Positions 1 to 10,163 of a stretch of 64,000 nt of DNA are shown piece after piece. The DNA is from a virus (Duplodnaviria > Caudoviricetes): the IMG/VR virus record IMGVR_UViG_3300031993_000006, positions 32,001 to 96,000 of that record, one strand, 5' to 3'. Made by a program: the position numbers and the translations under genes. Under the pieces are notes generated by a model. The model ran no database searches. It was given only the letters and a program-made list of their open reading frames with translations, and had not been told where the DNA came from. Position 1 is the stretch's first letter. Every line of letters starts with the position of its first letter.

Positions 1-930
1 CCAGTCGATTTGCCCGGTGACCGGTAGAGGAATCCTGGAGAAGAAATACAATCCGAACGGGACATACACGCTCTTGCAGTCGTGGAATTCCTGCGAGATG
101 AAATACCGGAGCCTTCTCGGGTCCATTGCGATTACATTCCGATAGAGCTTCGCGATTGATTCCTCGCGGATTACATTCGGGTGGCCGACAATGCTGCCAC
201 CGTGTTCAAGGAAGGTAAGGTGCATCGCGTTGACCATCGCGCGGACATCCGGATAGCAAGCATTGATTGTTTCCACCAATGTTTCCTTGGACACCTGTCC
301 ACCAGTAATTGCGGTTTCCTTCTTAGCAATTTTCTTTAAATGCTTGTATATACGATTCTTGTAACCCTTGTCGTCACCCGGATGGTCGAACGGGATTTCC
401 TTACACCGTGAGCGAATTGCCGCCGGAAGACGACCAATATCATTACAGGTCAAGATAAAACGGAGATTACTGGATGTCGCCTCGATAAGAGACTGCAGCT
501 TACGATAGAAGGAATCCGGATTGGACGGATTATCCGCCTCGTCAATTACGAAGTATTTAGGCAACCCGTTACCGGAACGATACATTCCGCCTTCGGAAAT
601 TGCATCGATAATCTCGGAATCGCGCTGTGCATAGAGAACTTCTCGTTCGGCACCCATCAACAGCGGGAGCGCTTCGGCCAAGCTAGTCTTTCCAGTTCCC
701 GGCACACCCGAATAGAAAATGTAGTTATTGTAGCCACCGAGCTGAAGCATACCGATAACCCAGTTCCGCATCTTATCCGGCAAGATTATTGCCCGGACAT
801 CGGATTCATCAAGGGTAATCCCACGGTACTTTTCCACCCATGCCTTGGTAGGGTCATCATCGGCAACCGGACGCCCCGTAATAGTAGACTGCACGGGAAG
901 GCCCGTAATAAAATCAATTTCGTCGTTCAT
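1..930 (-). CDS. Sliding-clamp loader large subunit (T4 gp44/RFC-like AAA+ ATPase), truncated by the window edge
   Basis: Not in the ORF track. Manual translation from the ATG at 930 gives MNDEIDFITG...WVEKYRG...YSGVPGTGKTS (Walker A)...FVIDEAD (Walker B)...RFILTCN...AIRSRC (SRC motif). Confidence 0.92.
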   Translation of the reverse strand, partial: MNDEIDFITGLPVQSTITGRPVADDDPTKAWVEKYRGITLDESDVRAIILPDKMRNWVIGMLQLGGYNNYIFYSGVPGTGKTSLAEALPLLMGAEREVLYAQRDSEIIDAISEGGMYRSGNGLPKYFVIDEADNPSNPDSFYRKLQSLIEATSSNLRFILTCNDIGRLPAAIRSRCKEIPFDHPGDDKGYKNRIYKHLKKIAKKETAITGGQVSKETLVETINACYPDVRAMVNAMHLTFLEHGGSIVGHPNVIREESIAKLYRNVIAMDPRRLRYFISQEFHDCKSVYVPFGLYFFSRIPLPVTGQIDW

Positions 931-968
931 AGCGCACTATCCATAGGTTGAAAGATATCTTTACCTAC

Positions 969-985
969 AAATATAGCAATAAACT
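969..985. promoter_or_regulatory. Overlapping divergent promoters: TTGCTATATTT (- strand, 969-979) and late-type ATAAACT (+ strand, 979-985)
   Basis: Both motifs recur upstream of many genes in the window. Confidence 0.65.
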
Positions 986-992
986 TCGTTTT

Positions 993-1346
993 ATGAAAAG
1001 CGTCATTCTCGAATTTATCACCGCATCGACCAATGAGCAGCCTGTCCTGCAAGAACAGGTCACCACCATATACAAAAAACTTTTCGAACAGGCCGCTACC
1101 GACATCAACAAGAAGCAGATAGCGGCGGACCCGGGCACCTGCTCACAAGGAATCGTGCAAAACGAAATCCTATCCAACGACAAGTCTGTGCCAGACGGAG
1201 TAGTGGGTGACCTAATGAATACATCGTACGCCAGCCGGTTCGGACAAGAGAAGAGCGTGGTGGAACCCGGGCGGTCTTCTACAGGTATTGGCGGTGGTCT
1301 CAATAACGAGAATGTCAATGCATCAGTATCCGGTTCCAATGCTTAA
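993..1346 (+). CDS. Hypothetical late protein, candidate internal head protein
   Basis: ATG at 993 directly after the ATAAACT motif; N-terminal ILEF/LQEQ/LFEQ motifs. Confidence 0.65.
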   Translation: MKSVILEFITASTNEQPVLQEQVTTIYKKLFEQAATDINKKQIAADPGTCSQGIVQNEILSNDKSVPDGVVGDLMNTSYASRFGQEKSVVEPGRSSTGIGGGLNNENVNASVSGSNA

Positions 1347-1354
1347 TTAACCGG

Positions 1355-2284
1355 CTAGGCCCCGAGCCAGTTGATATTTTCCGGATGGTATTCGATAACG
1401 AACTCGCCATTGGTATATTGCATTTCGAATTCCATTCCGACATCGAGCATTCCCCGTAAAGTCCGGGAAGAATCAATGTCGGAAATCACCTTGAATGTCA
1501 TCATGTAACCCCCGTGCTCGCCCGCCCGGAGATTCTTCATCATTCCAACTATGCGACCATCCATGAACTTGACAGGGTAAATGCCCTTGGAATACTTTTC
1601 AATAAATTCGGCATTAGCTTCAGGCTCTTCTCGCTGCCATGCCGGCCGAGGGTTGCTGAAAGGAATATCTATCCAGTCGCCATACAGGCTAAGCGAGCGG
1701 TTAATATTCCCGTAGCCGCACGGAACAATCCGATTACGAATACGGAAACAACTTTCATACTCATTATCGGCATCCTTCTTGACAACTTCTTGGTTTTCAG
1801 AATCGACATCATACCAAATTTTGGTGTTCAGATAATGCTTCATACGAGGCGAAAGATATACCGTACCTTCATTGCTCAACTCACCATCGTAAACAACAGT
1901 TTCGTATATACGGTCAGTAACCACAATAGCCTGTTCAAACAGTGCCGCGCCACCAATGAAGAAACACTCGGTTTCTTCGAAACGCTCGGCCATCGAAAGC
2001 GCTGCCCAGATAGAATTCGTGCAATAAACCGGGCAATCTCCGGTACCTATGGTTGCCAGTTGCAAATTATGCATATAAGCGTCATCCCGGGTAACCACGA
2101 TAAGTTTCCTACCAGGAAGCTTCCCCGGAAGCGACTCGTAGGTCTTCCTGCCCATTATAAGGGTATGCCCCATAGTAATCTTCTTGAACCTAGCAAGGTC
2201 CGCCTTGAGTTTCCACGGGAGCTTACTGTTGATTCCGATGTGGGAATCAGTGTAGGAACGGGCAAGAATCATCGACCTAATCAT
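1355..2284 (-). CDS. folA: Dihydrofolate reductase with a C-terminal extension of about 125 aa
   Basis: IGINSKLPWKLKADLARFKKITMGHTLIMGRKTYESLP, LPGRKLIVVTR, FFIGGAALF; adjacent to thyA. Confidence 0.93.
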   Translation of the reverse strand: MIRSMILARSYTDSHIGINSKLPWKLKADLARFKKITMGHTLIMGRKTYESLPGKLPGRKLIVVTRDDAYMHNLQLATIGTGDCPVYCTNSIWAALSMAERFEETECFFIGGAALFEQAIVVTDRIYETVVYDGELSNEGTVYLSPRMKHYLNTKIWYDVDSENQEVVKKDADNEYESCFRIRNRIVPCGYGNINRSLSLYGDWIDIPFSNPRPAWQREEPEANAEFIEKYSKGIYPVKFMDGRIVGMMKNLRAGEHGGYMMTFKVISDIDSSRTLRGMLDVGMEFEMQYTNGEFVIEYHPENINWLGA

Positions 2285-2331
2285 AGTCTTTCCTCAACAA
2301 AAAAGCAGCGGCCGTAATTAGCCACCGCTTC

Positions 2332-2342
2332 AAATATAGCAA
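2332..2342 (-). promoter_or_regulatory. TTGCTATATTT promoter upstream of DHFR
   Basis: Exact copy of the recurring motif. Confidence 0.65.
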
Positions 2343-2352
2343 TTTCGGGATT

Positions 2353-3165
2353 CTATACCGCAATCGGCGCCTTGATGACCGGCCACGGGTCATAATCGAC
2401 CAAGGTAAAGTCGTCAAAGCTGAAATCGAATATGTCCTTAACATCAGGATTGATAGCCATCTTGGGCAACGGACGCGGTTCACGGGTAAGCTGAAGCTTC
2501 GCCTGCTCGAAATGGTTGGAATACAGATGGGTATCCCCGAGAGTATGGATGAACTCGCCCGGTTCATAACCGCAAACCTGAGCAAGCATCATCGTCAACA
2601 AGGAATAGGACACGATGTTGAACGGAACACCGAGGAAAGTATCGGCCGAGCGCTGATACAACTGGCAGCTAAGCTTGCGCTTCCCGGATTCGCCAACTCC
2701 CCCGACATAGAACTGGAAGAGGCAATGACAGGGAGGCAATGCCATATCCTTGATATCGGCCACATTCCAAGCGCAAACAAGATGTCTACGGGAATCCGGG
2801 TTATTCTTCAAGCCCTGCACGAGTTCGGAAATCTGGTCAATCGTGCGGCCATCCGGAGCATCCCAGCTTCTCCACTGCTTGCTGTAGATTGGACCGAGGT
2901 CGCCCTTTTCGTCTGCCCATTCATCCCAAATAGTAACACCGTTATCATTCAGGAACTTGATATTGGTGTCGCCCTTGAGGAACCAGAGCAATTCATAGAT
3001 GATACTGCGGAGGTGCAGCTTCTTGGTGGTCAAGCACGGGAATCCCTTGGACAAGTCAAACCGCATCTGGCGCCCGAACACGGACCGAGTACCGGTACCC
3101 GTGCGGTCGCTACGGTCGACCCCGTTTTCCAATATATCCTTAAGCAAATCAAGATATTGCTTCAT
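2353..3165 (-). CDS. thyA: Thymidylate synthase
   Basis: [49 protein letters not shown] motifs. Confidence 0.98.
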   Translation of the reverse strand: MKQYLDLLKDILENGVDRSDRTGTGTRSVFGRQMRFDLSKGFPCLTTKKLHLRSIIYELLWFLKGDTNIKFLNDNGVTIWDEWADEKGDLGPIYSKQWRSWDAPDGRTIDQISELVQGLKNNPDSRRHLVCAWNVADIKDMALPPCHCLFQFYVGGVGESGKRKLSCQLYQRSADTFLGVPFNIVSYSLLTMMLAQVCGYEPGEFIHTLGDTHLYSNHFEQAKLQLTREPRPLPKMAINPDVKDIFDFSFDDFTLVDYDPWPVIKAPIAV

Positions 3166-3176
3166 AACAAATCTCC

Positions 3177-6110
3177 TTAGATAAATTCAAGCATTGCGTC
3201 AGTTTCGTCATACTCGAGGTCTTCCGGCCATCCGACAGCCTTGAACAGACGCCCGAGAATGTTGGACACTGACTTTTCCCACTGGTCGTTCCAGTCCACA
3301 TAGAACAGCTCGAACAGGCGCTCCGGGCATTCCTCGCCGGTGTAGCACATGATTGTCACATCATATTCATTCTCGGCAACCTTAATGAACTTCATCTTCT
3401 CGCCGGCGGCGATAGGTTCATAGGTACTCTGAGACAGAACCGGGTCAGTATCGATAAGGTAGTTCCAGACGGAAGCCGCACGGCGACGGAAGTCAAGCTT
3501 CGCGTATTCCTCACGCGGCAAACGGCACTGAAGAGGATACGGAATCGGCTCTTCCTTCATGCCGGACGGAATGGAAATATACGAATACTTGTGCTTATCG
3601 ACCGCCTCGAAAAATTCCTTCTTGATTTCAAGAACACGGGAGCGGACGACTTCCTTGTCCATCGTACGGAGCATCAGCTTGACGGTATCCATCATGCGCT
3701 CGCGGCTGAACATCGTGGTAGAGCTTCGGACAATTTCGAGACCCGTAACGGCGAAGTCCGGGGTAATCTCGAGGGTACCGGTCTTGATAATCTTACCGGT
3801 CTCGTCCTTCACAGGTTCCTTGTCGAGATACACGATGTCTTCGTTGGATTCCACTTCGCAGATGTACTTCTTCTTGGCAGTGACGATTGCCTTGTAGATG
3901 CACTTTTCACGCTTCAGGAAGAGTTCGTTCGTAAGGTATCCCCACCGGGTAGCATACGAAAGCATGAACTCGTCGAGCTTCTCCTCGAGAATCACGGCGT
4001 CCATAATGCGGCAGAAGTCGGTGATGCGGTAGCGGTTATAGATGATTCGGTAACCGTCACCCCACACAATTCCATCGTAGAACATAATCTTGACCTTGGT
4101 GAGGCCGCTCTTCTTGTCCACCGCGCGGTTTTCCGGGTCATGCCAGGTGGAATGCGCATACTTGTTGCACATACGGTTGAAGCACTTACGGGACTCGAGG
4201 TCCTCCTCGTCGGTCTTACCGAACGCATAGCGCTCGACCTGCTCGTGACCCTTGAACACGATGACCTCGGTACCGGTACCCTGCTTCTGGCGGAACTGTT
4301 CAAAGAGGTCGCCGACCTTGCAGTAGAACGAGTCGGTATCGCCGTGTGACATTCTCTTGTACAGAAGCTGCCCATCTTCATCCTCGGTAGTCCCGAGGAA
4401 TTCCGGGTTGATTGTCGGGCTGTAACCGAATGCGTTGATAAAGCGCGGGTCGGTGGCGACTTCCTCGTTGAGATACTTGGCAAGCTGCTCGATGGTGTAC
4501 TTGATGAGGTTTCTTCCGTAAGCCGTAATAGATGCGGCGTTGTCCACATCGTACAATGGGAAGAAGTTGGAACCGAGAAGACCGTATAGCGAGTTACCGA
4601 GGACCTTGTAGACCTTCTGCATCATATCGTAGATGGCAGTCATCTCGTGGTCGCCCGCCTTCTTGGCAGCCTTCATCTTGTTCTTGAGGCTTGCACGGCC
4701 ATCGAAGAGTAAACGGGTAACCTGCGGAACGATACCTTCCTTGTCCTTGCGGAAATACACCTTGTAACGGCCATTGTGGTCCCACGGGCTCTCGATGAGG
4801 TACTTCCTCTCCTCCTCGGTAAGCACATAGTCAATCGGCTTGGTGACCTTGACTTCCGGAGAAGTATTGAAGGTCATCATAATTGACGGATATAGCGAAC
4901 GGTAGTCGTAGGACACGAGCCAAGTGTAGAAGCCCGGGATTGAATAAACGAATGCACCTGGGTATTCTTCCTTGGACTGTTCGCGGAATGCCGGGAACAC
5001 AAGGTTATGCTGATGCAGGTGGTTCATCACGAACCCGACGAGCATCTTCTTGCTTTCAAAAACAAACGAGAACGGAACATGGGCTTCCGAAGCAGCGGTC
5101 ACACAGAGCTGGAACATCCGCTCGTGCATCTCGATGAGCTTCAAAAGGCGCACGTCCTGCCAGTTATACTTGATGAAGAGAGTCCAATCAGTGCGCCAGG
5201 TCTGGTAACCGTCCTTCAACGGCTCCTTGTGCTCACCGGTAACCTTGCCACCAATGTAGTCAAGCTTGTAGGACGGTTCTTCGGAGAATGTATACTTGCG
5301 ATAGAGGGCGAGGAAATCGATAACTTCCGTTCCGGCAATCATCAGGCAGTCTTCGCGTTCGTCCCACCACGCCTTCTTGAACTGGGCCGGGAGGCGGGAC
5401 ATAAGGTTGAGCGGGACGCCGAGCTTCTCCGCGCGGTTCACCATGTAGGTGGTATCGTACGAGAAGTTCCAACCGGAAAGAATGGCGACTTCATTACTAC
5501 CAATCTCGGTAAACAACCGGCGCAGGAGGTCCGCCTCGTCCGAGCAGAGAACATAGACAGCATTTTCCTTTGCCATCTCGTCCTTGAGGGACTGGTCGAT
5601 GTCCTGTCCGACACCGTATGTGATGTAATTGTCAGTCGCCGAAAAATAAATCGTTACACAGTTAATCGGGTATTCGGCACGGTGGGCTACGGGGAATCTT
5701 CCGGTAGTAGCCACCTCAATATCAAGGAAGCAGATATTGATTTTCTTCATGTCCGGCTTGAGCATCCCGGACTTCGCGTAGTGCTTCTGGAGGAACCTTG
5801 CACGGGGGTCGATGTCGATTTCGGCCAGGTGGTTCTGTGGGCCGCGCGCATCGTTGTATATCTTTCGTTCGGCTGTCGTATGCCGCTGGACGGCATACAT
5901 CTCTCGACCGTAGATATCCTTCATGCCACAAGGGACTGCGCCGAGTTCTCCCCGGTTCGGGGTATAGAATGTGTTGACGATGCGAGTCTGCTCCATCGTT
6001 CCGTCATCGTACCACAGGAACAGGTTGTCAGTATCCCTGTCGTGATAGATGGCCGACCACATTCGAGTCTCGGCGGTCTTGTCCGCCGGGCGTGTTATCG
6101 TAGCTTCCAT
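3177..6110 (-). CDS. Family B DNA polymerase (T4 gp43-like), no intein seen
   Basis: Exo I LDIEV, Exo II GWNFSYD, Exo III YNWQD; polymerase motifs [38 protein letters not shown]. Confidence 0.97.
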   Translation of the reverse strand: MEATITRPADKTAETRMWSAIYHDRDTDNLFLWYDDGTMEQTRIVNTFYTPNRGELGAVPCGMKDIYGREMYAVQRHTTAERKIYNDARGPQNHLAEIDIDPRARFLQKHYAKSGMLKPDMKKINICFLDIEVATTGRFPVAHRAEYPINCVTIYFSATDNYITYGVGQDIDQSLKDEMAKENAVYVLCSDEADLLRRLFTEIGSNEVAILSGWNFSYDTTYMVNRAEKLGVPLNLMSRLPAQFKKAWWDEREDCLMIAGTEVIDFLALYRKYTFSEEPSYKLDYIGGKVTGEHKEPLKDGYQTWRTDWTLFIKYNWQDVRLLKLIEMHERMFQLCVTAASEAHVPFSFVFESKKMLVGFVMNHLHQHNLVFPAFREQSKEEYPGAFVYSIPGFYTWLVSYDYRSLYPSIMMTFNTSPEVKVTKPIDYVLTEEERKYLIESPWDHNGRYKVYFRKDKEGIVPQVTRLLFDGRASLKNKMKAAKKAGDHEMTAIYDMMQKVYKVLGNSLYGLLGSNFFPLYDVDNAASITAYGRNLIKYTIEQLAKYLNEEVATDPRFINAFGYSPTINPEFLGTTEDEDGQLLYKRMSHGDTDSFYCKVGDLFEQFRQKQGTGTEVIVFKGHEQVERYAFGKTDEEDLESRKCFNRMCNKYAHSTWHDPENRAVDKKSGLTKVKIMFYDGIVWGDGYRIIYNRYRITDFCRIMDAVILEEKLDEFMLSYATRWGYLTNELFLKREKCIYKAIVTAKKKYICEVESNEDIVYLDKEPVKDETGKIIKTGTLEITPDFAVTGLEIVRSSTTMFSRERMMDTVKLMLRTMDKEVVRSRVLEIKKEFFEAVDKHKYSYISIPSGMKEEPIPYPLQCRLPREEYAKLDFRRRAASVWNYLIDTDPVLSQSTYEPIAAGEKMKFIKVAENEYDVTIMCYTGEECPERLFELFYVDWNDQWEKSVSNILGRLFKAVGWPEDLEYDETDAMLEFI

Positions 6111-6122
6111 AGGTTCTTATTG

Positions 6123-6133
6123 AAATATAGCAA
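6123..6133 (-). promoter_or_regulatory. TTGCTATATTT promoter of the DNA polymerase gene
   Basis: Exact motif 12 nt upstream of the ATG. Confidence 0.7.
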
Positions 6134-6154
6134 GAAATTTGTGTTTATCAACAG

Positions 6155-6181
6155 AAAATCCCAGGTTTCCCCGGGATTTTT
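6155..6181. terminator. Intrinsic terminator-like hairpin
   Basis: AAAATCCCAGG-TTTC-CCCGGGATTTT, downstream of the 6237-6842 gene. Confidence 0.6.
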
Positions 6182-6236
6182 AATAACCGTGTCGAACACT
6201 GACTTAATAGAGCTACCGTCGACTAGGTTTGCTGAT

Positions 6237-6842
6237 TTACTTTGAGGTTGTTTTAATCTTAAAGTGCTTGTCGATACGGGTGCAAACCGCTTCGGCAGCA
6301 TCCTCAGTCTTCTTGTCTACCGCGAGGCTCCGCATAAAACCCTTGAGAACTTCCGCCTTGCGCTGATTCTTGGACTCCTCGCTGAACTTCTTGTTGCTCT
6401 CGGCCTTAGACTGGCTAGCCTTTTCGGCACTCTTTGCAGCAGCGTCGAAATTGCCGCTCTTCGGCTTCGGTGCCTTCTTGGATTCCTCAGTGTTATCCTC
6501 GACGACCACCTTGGTCACCTGGCCCTTTTCCTTCTTTTCGGTCACGGTGTCGTTTTCCGTTTCCTGCTTGCTGGAAGCCTTGGTAGCCTTGATGATTTCA
6601 TCGGTATTGTTGTTGCCCTTGGTAAGGTCCGGATTGGAAGCCGTCTTTGCCTTGCCGACTTTCTTGGAATCGGTCGACCACTTGTTAAGGTCTACCTTAG
6701 TACCTTCGAAGAAGGTGGTGGACTCTACAATAGGCTTGGCAACGCGGACTTCATTGTACGGACGCTGTTCCACAATAGGCTGGTTAGCGATGCTTTCGAA
6801 AAGCTGCTTCACTCTATCTTCTTCTTCGATACTGTATGCCAT
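6237..6842 (-). CDS. Lys/Glu-rich late protein, candidate internal head protein
   Basis: TATAAACT at 6879-6886 upstream; LFES, IVEQ, IVES and FFEG motifs. Confidence 0.7.
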   Translation of the reverse strand: MAYSIEEEDRVKQLFESIANQPIVEQRPYNEVRVAKPIVESTTFFEGTKVDLNKWSTDSKKVGKAKTASNPDLTKGNNNTDEIIKATKASSKQETENDTVTEKKEKGQVTKVVVEDNTEESKKAPKPKSGNFDAAAKSAEKASQSKAESNKKFSEESKNQRKAEVLKGFMRSLAVDKKTEDAAEAVCTRIDKHFKIKTTSK

Positions 6843-6890
6843 ATTCTATACCATCCAACGGATTAAGATTTACCGGTAAGTTTATATTAT

Positions 6891-8150
6891 AGTGACGGGA
6901 AAACTCACCGCCTTTTAGGCGGTGAGATGAAAGCTCTTTTCATAAACTATTAAAATAGAGTATATTTGAGATATGTTTCAACGGGCATACCACATCCGGC
7001 TATATCCAAGCCGGCAGCAGACGGTCTTGCTAGGCAAGACATTCGGCTGTTGCCGCAAAGTGTACAACTGCATGCTGGACGCTCGTTTGAAGTCGTATGA
7101 GTCGACCGGCACACAGTGCCGGACGAAACCTACCGACTACTATGCCGAGTTTCCGTTCCTTAAAGAAGTTGACAGCAACGCCCTCACGGGTGAGGTGCTC
7201 AACCTGAACGCGGCATTCAAGAACTTTTTCGAACGTAAGGCCGATGGAGTCGGGCTTCCGAAGTTCAAGGCTAAACATCACGACCGCGATTCTTATACCA
7301 CTTATCGGACAAAAGAAAATATCCGAATCGAGAACGGCAGGCTGCGCCTGCCGAAAATCGGCTTCGTCAAGTTCAAGGATTATAAGAATATCGACTGGAG
7401 CGAGAAAGATATCAAGCACGCGACCGTAAGCCGGTCGCGTTCGGGAAAGTTCTACGCCTCGATACTGGTTGAAGAGGAAGCGCCGAAGGCGCTTCCAAAA
7501 TCCGATTATTCCGTAGGCGTCGACCTCGGAATCAAGGATTTCTGCGTGACGAGCGACGGTGAAGCCGTCGCCAACCCACGCTATATGAAACAGGCTGAGG
7601 ACCGCCTAGCGGTCCTCCAGAAAGCGTTTTCAAAGAAAAATGGCAAGTCTGCTCGTCGCGAGTCGCTGCGCAAGCGCATCGCCCGCCTCCACGAGCACAT
7701 TGCTAGCCAACGCAAGGATTTTCTCCACAAGCTGTCCACCAGACTCATTCGCGAGAACCAAACGATTGCGGTCGAGAACCTGGATGTAAGGCAGGTCGCC
7801 GAAGGCGACCTTGCCAAGTCCGAGCACGATGCCGGATGGGGAATGTTCCTGAACATGCTTAAGTACAAGGCTGATTGGTATGGGAGGACCATCGTCCGTG
7901 TCGGACGATGGTTCCCTTCCTCCCAAATCTGCCACTGCTGCGGCTTCAGGAATGAAGTTGTTAAAGACTTGAATGTCCGGGAGTGGAAGTGTCCACAATG
8001 CGGCACTTCCCACGACAGGGACTTCAACGCCGCCATCAACATCCTTACCGAAGGTAAAAGAATTCTCGCCGCCGGAACGGCGGTTCAAGGCGCGGGCGCC
8101 CCTACGGGGCTAACGCGAAGCGCGCAGCTTTCAAGCTGCGCGTAGTTCAC
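6891..8150 (+). mobile_element. Non-autonomous IS200/IS605-family (IS1341-like) tnpB element
   Basis: Left-end hairpin CTCACCGCC-TTTTA-GGCGGTGAG (6904-6926); right-end hairpin GCGCAGCTT-TC-AAGCTGCGC followed by GTAGTTCAC ending at 8150; no tnpA. The left boundary is approximate. Confidence 0.85.
6973..8145 (+). CDS. tnpB: TnpB RNA-guided endonuclease, catalytic triad intact
   Basis: HTH_OrfB N-terminus ([18 protein letters not shown]), RuvC VGVDLG / AVENL / [10 protein letters not shown], Zn ribbon CHCCG..CPQC. Confidence 0.95.
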   Translation: MFQRAYHIRLYPSRQQTVLLGKTFGCCRKVYNCMLDARLKSYESTGTQCRTKPTDYYAEFPFLKEVDSNALTGEVLNLNAAFKNFFERKADGVGLPKFKAKHHDRDSYTTYRTKENIRIENGRLRLPKIGFVKFKDYKNIDWSEKDIKHATVSRSRSGKFYASILVEEEAPKALPKSDYSVGVDLGIKDFCVTSDGEAVANPRYMKQAEDRLAVLQKAFSKKNGKSARRESLRKRIARLHEHIASQRKDFLHKLSTRLIRENQTIAVENLDVRQVAEGDLAKSEHDAGWGMFLNMLKYKADWYGRTIVRVGRWFPSSQICHCCGFRNEVVKDLNVREWKCPQCGTSHDRDFNAAINILTEGKRILAAGTAVQGAGAPTGLTRSAQLSSCA

Positions 8151-8221
8151 ATATCTCCGATATTTTTTGAACACCAACCGCGACCAGTATAAACTCCTGA
8201 AGTAAGAACACGGATAAAACT

Positions 8222-8869
8222 ATGGAACTCAACATACCCAAAGCCACGACAGCAAGCCACGAAGTCCCTATCTTCAACGATTTGGCAAAGGAAGCTAACC
8301 TCCCGGTCAGCGAAATAAAGGCACGATTCCGGAAAAAGATGCTCGAGCTTCACGAAAAAGCAATGGACGACCCTTCCATACTGAGTCTCGGCGGCGGACA
8401 TGACGAGCTCGTTGAAAAAGCGATTACCGAACTCCGTACGGAACTCCAGCACCCCGAAGAAACAAACAGCGATAACGACGAATACAGCCAACTGATGGGA
8501 TTCGACCCAAATGAACCTTCTCCCGTCGGAGACATCTTCGACGCGCCGAGTGGCGACGGCGGATTTGGCGGTGGAATCGGCGGTGGTGGCGGAGGCAGCT
8601 TTGGTGGCGGCGGTGGCGGACTTGGAAGCACCGGCGGCACCGGCGGCGGAATTGATAACCTTGACCTTGGATTCTCCGATGAAGGAATGGCTGCGGTCAA
8701 CAGCGTCGAAAACAACGAGAACAATGAATCGCTGGATGCCGGTAGCGTAAATGCGATATCCGAAACTGAACCGGGCGGCGCCGAACTGTCCGAAAATAAC
8801 GAAACGGAGTCCGACAAATCGCCGAACCCCGTTGAAAATTCAAGCGGTGATGACCTAGCTGAACTTTAA
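8222..8869 (+). CDS. Acidic, Gly-rich late protein
   Basis: TATAAACT at 8188-8195 upstream; poly-Gly tract and acidic tail. Confidence 0.7.
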   Translation: MELNIPKATTASHEVPIFNDLAKEANLPVSEIKARFRKKMLELHEKAMDDPSILSLGGGHDELVEKAITELRTELQHPEETNSDNDEYSQLMGFDPNEPSPVGDIFDAPSGDGGFGGGIGGGGGGSFGGGGGGLGSTGGTGGGIDNLDLGFSDEGMAAVNSVENNENNESLDAGSVNAISETEPGGAELSENNETESDKSPNPVENSSGDDLAEL

Positions 8870-10077
8870 CCCCCGAAGTACATACACTTGCGGGAGAACT
8901 TCGGGCACGAGAATGTCATGAAGATTCTCCCATCTTCAGAATAGAGCATCTCGAGGACGGCGGTCGCGGCATAACGAACCATCATCGTACTCACATCCAT
9001 AGGGAGCGTAAGGCTCTTGTCCGTTTCATTCACCAAGACGCCGCTCATCGTAATGACACCAGAGTAACGGTTCACCTTGGTCTTCTTCTTAGTCTTGCTC
9101 TTTGCCCTCTGGACGACTACTTCCTTCACATCGTCGTAGGAATAACGGATTTCTACCGTCTTCTCGTCAATCGGCTTGATTTTGACCGGAGCTGTCGGGT
9201 CAAGGTAGTTCAACCCGTAGACCATATCGATAGTAGCCATCATGCCGAGGGTATCGAACTTCATATACGGCTTCATCCCTTCAGTTGTACCCGTGCGCAG
9301 CTTGCCTTCCGCAAAGGAATACACGATGCTGTACAGACGGCCAGCCACGCGGAGCTTCTTGCGTTCCCAGTCGAAATCGATGGTGCAATAAGGCATCATG
9401 TTGGAATCAGCCGGAGTTACATAAGAGAAACACTTGAATACATTGGACGGAACGGCAACCGCGAAATCCCTTAGTTGTTCGCGGTCTTGAGCACCGAGCT
9501 GGCCAATCTTTGCCGGGAGAGTCGCAATGCAAACCCGCTCATCACCGGTGCGGATAGAAAATGTACCTTCAGTACGAACAAGTTCAACATTCTTGAAGTT
9601 ATAACAAGTTTCGAGGACGGAACCGACAATCATCTGTTCCACCTGGATAGTCTCATCCGGAGTAAAATCGAGATTGATTTCAAACGGGTCGAGGAGAGGA
9701 AGGCTAGCTTCGGACTCGAAGCATTGCAAAGATTCGTTAAAAGAAGAACCGACATAGATGCGCCCACCAGAAACCCACATAGCAACCAAGCCGTCCTTGA
9801 CGCCCTTGTCACACATCACGAAGAAGTCCTGAAGGCGAACATAGGCATCACTGTCAAGACACTGGGACTTGAGAGTACTGTCAATAAGGACGCTGAAACC
9901 GGTATCGGTCGTAATCCGCATATAGACGAGCCCGTCCTCCGCTTCATTGGAGAAAGTCTCGATATGAATCTTGCTGTCCGGAGACTCACAGGACTCGCCA
10001 ATAAATGAAACCGCTTCACGGAACCCTGTGACCGTGTTGAACATGATAAGATTTGGTGTTTTTGCTTCTTCGCTCAT
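8866..10077 (-). CDS. Putative divergent DnaN (beta-clamp)-like protein
   Basis: 403 aa from the ATG at 10077; three-domain pattern resembling the beta clamp (MRITTDT, AYVRLQDF, SLPLLDPFE, SIRTGDERV, VAVPSNVF, YSFAEG). Recognised by eye only. Confidence 0.5.
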   Translation of the reverse strand: MSEEAKTPNLIMFNTVTGFREAVSFIGESCESPDSKIHIETFSNEAEDGLVYMRITTDTGFSVLIDSTLKSQCLDSDAYVRLQDFFVMCDKGVKDGLVAMWVSGGRIYVGSSFNESLQCFESEASLPLLDPFEINLDFTPDETIQVEQMIVGSVLETCYNFKNVELVRTEGTFSIRTGDERVCIATLPAKIGQLGAQDREQLRDFAVAVPSNVFKCFSYVTPADSNMMPYCTIDFDWERKKLRVAGRLYSIVYSFAEGKLRTGTTEGMKPYMKFDTLGMMATIDMVYGLNYLDPTAPVKIKPIDEKTVEIRYSYDDVKEVVVQRAKSKTKKKTKVNRYSGVITMSGVLVNETDKSLTLPMDVSTMMVRYAATAVLEMLYSEDGRIFMTFSCPKFSRKCMYFGG

Positions 10078-10112
10078 AGAAAAATCCTTTTGTACGATTA
10101 GGAAACTAATGC

Positions 10113-10140
10113 AAAAAGCGGCAGCCGAAGCCACCGCCTT
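10113..10140 (-). terminator. Intrinsic terminator with a cUUCGg tetraloop
   Basis: Minus strand GGCGGTGGC-TTCG-GCTGCCGCT-TTTT after the 10164-11651 gene. Confidence 0.8.
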
Positions 10141-10163
10141 CTGTATCTCATCGTAAATTTCGA

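Noticed and set aside
3177-6110. Intein or intron in the DNA polymerase
   Set aside because: The insertion after DTDS has no intein splice residues or LAGLIDADG motifs, and the ORF is continuous.
1514-6245. Long + strand ORFs (1514-2317, 2512-3180, 3591-4349, 5007-6245)
   Set aside because: Antisense shadows of DHFR, ThyA and PolB produced by codon bias; no motifs or expression signals.
6973-8145. TnpB as a Cas12 effector or a nuclease-dead TldR regulator
   Set aside because: No CRISPR array; IS end hairpins are present and the RuvC D/E/D residues are intact in both copies.
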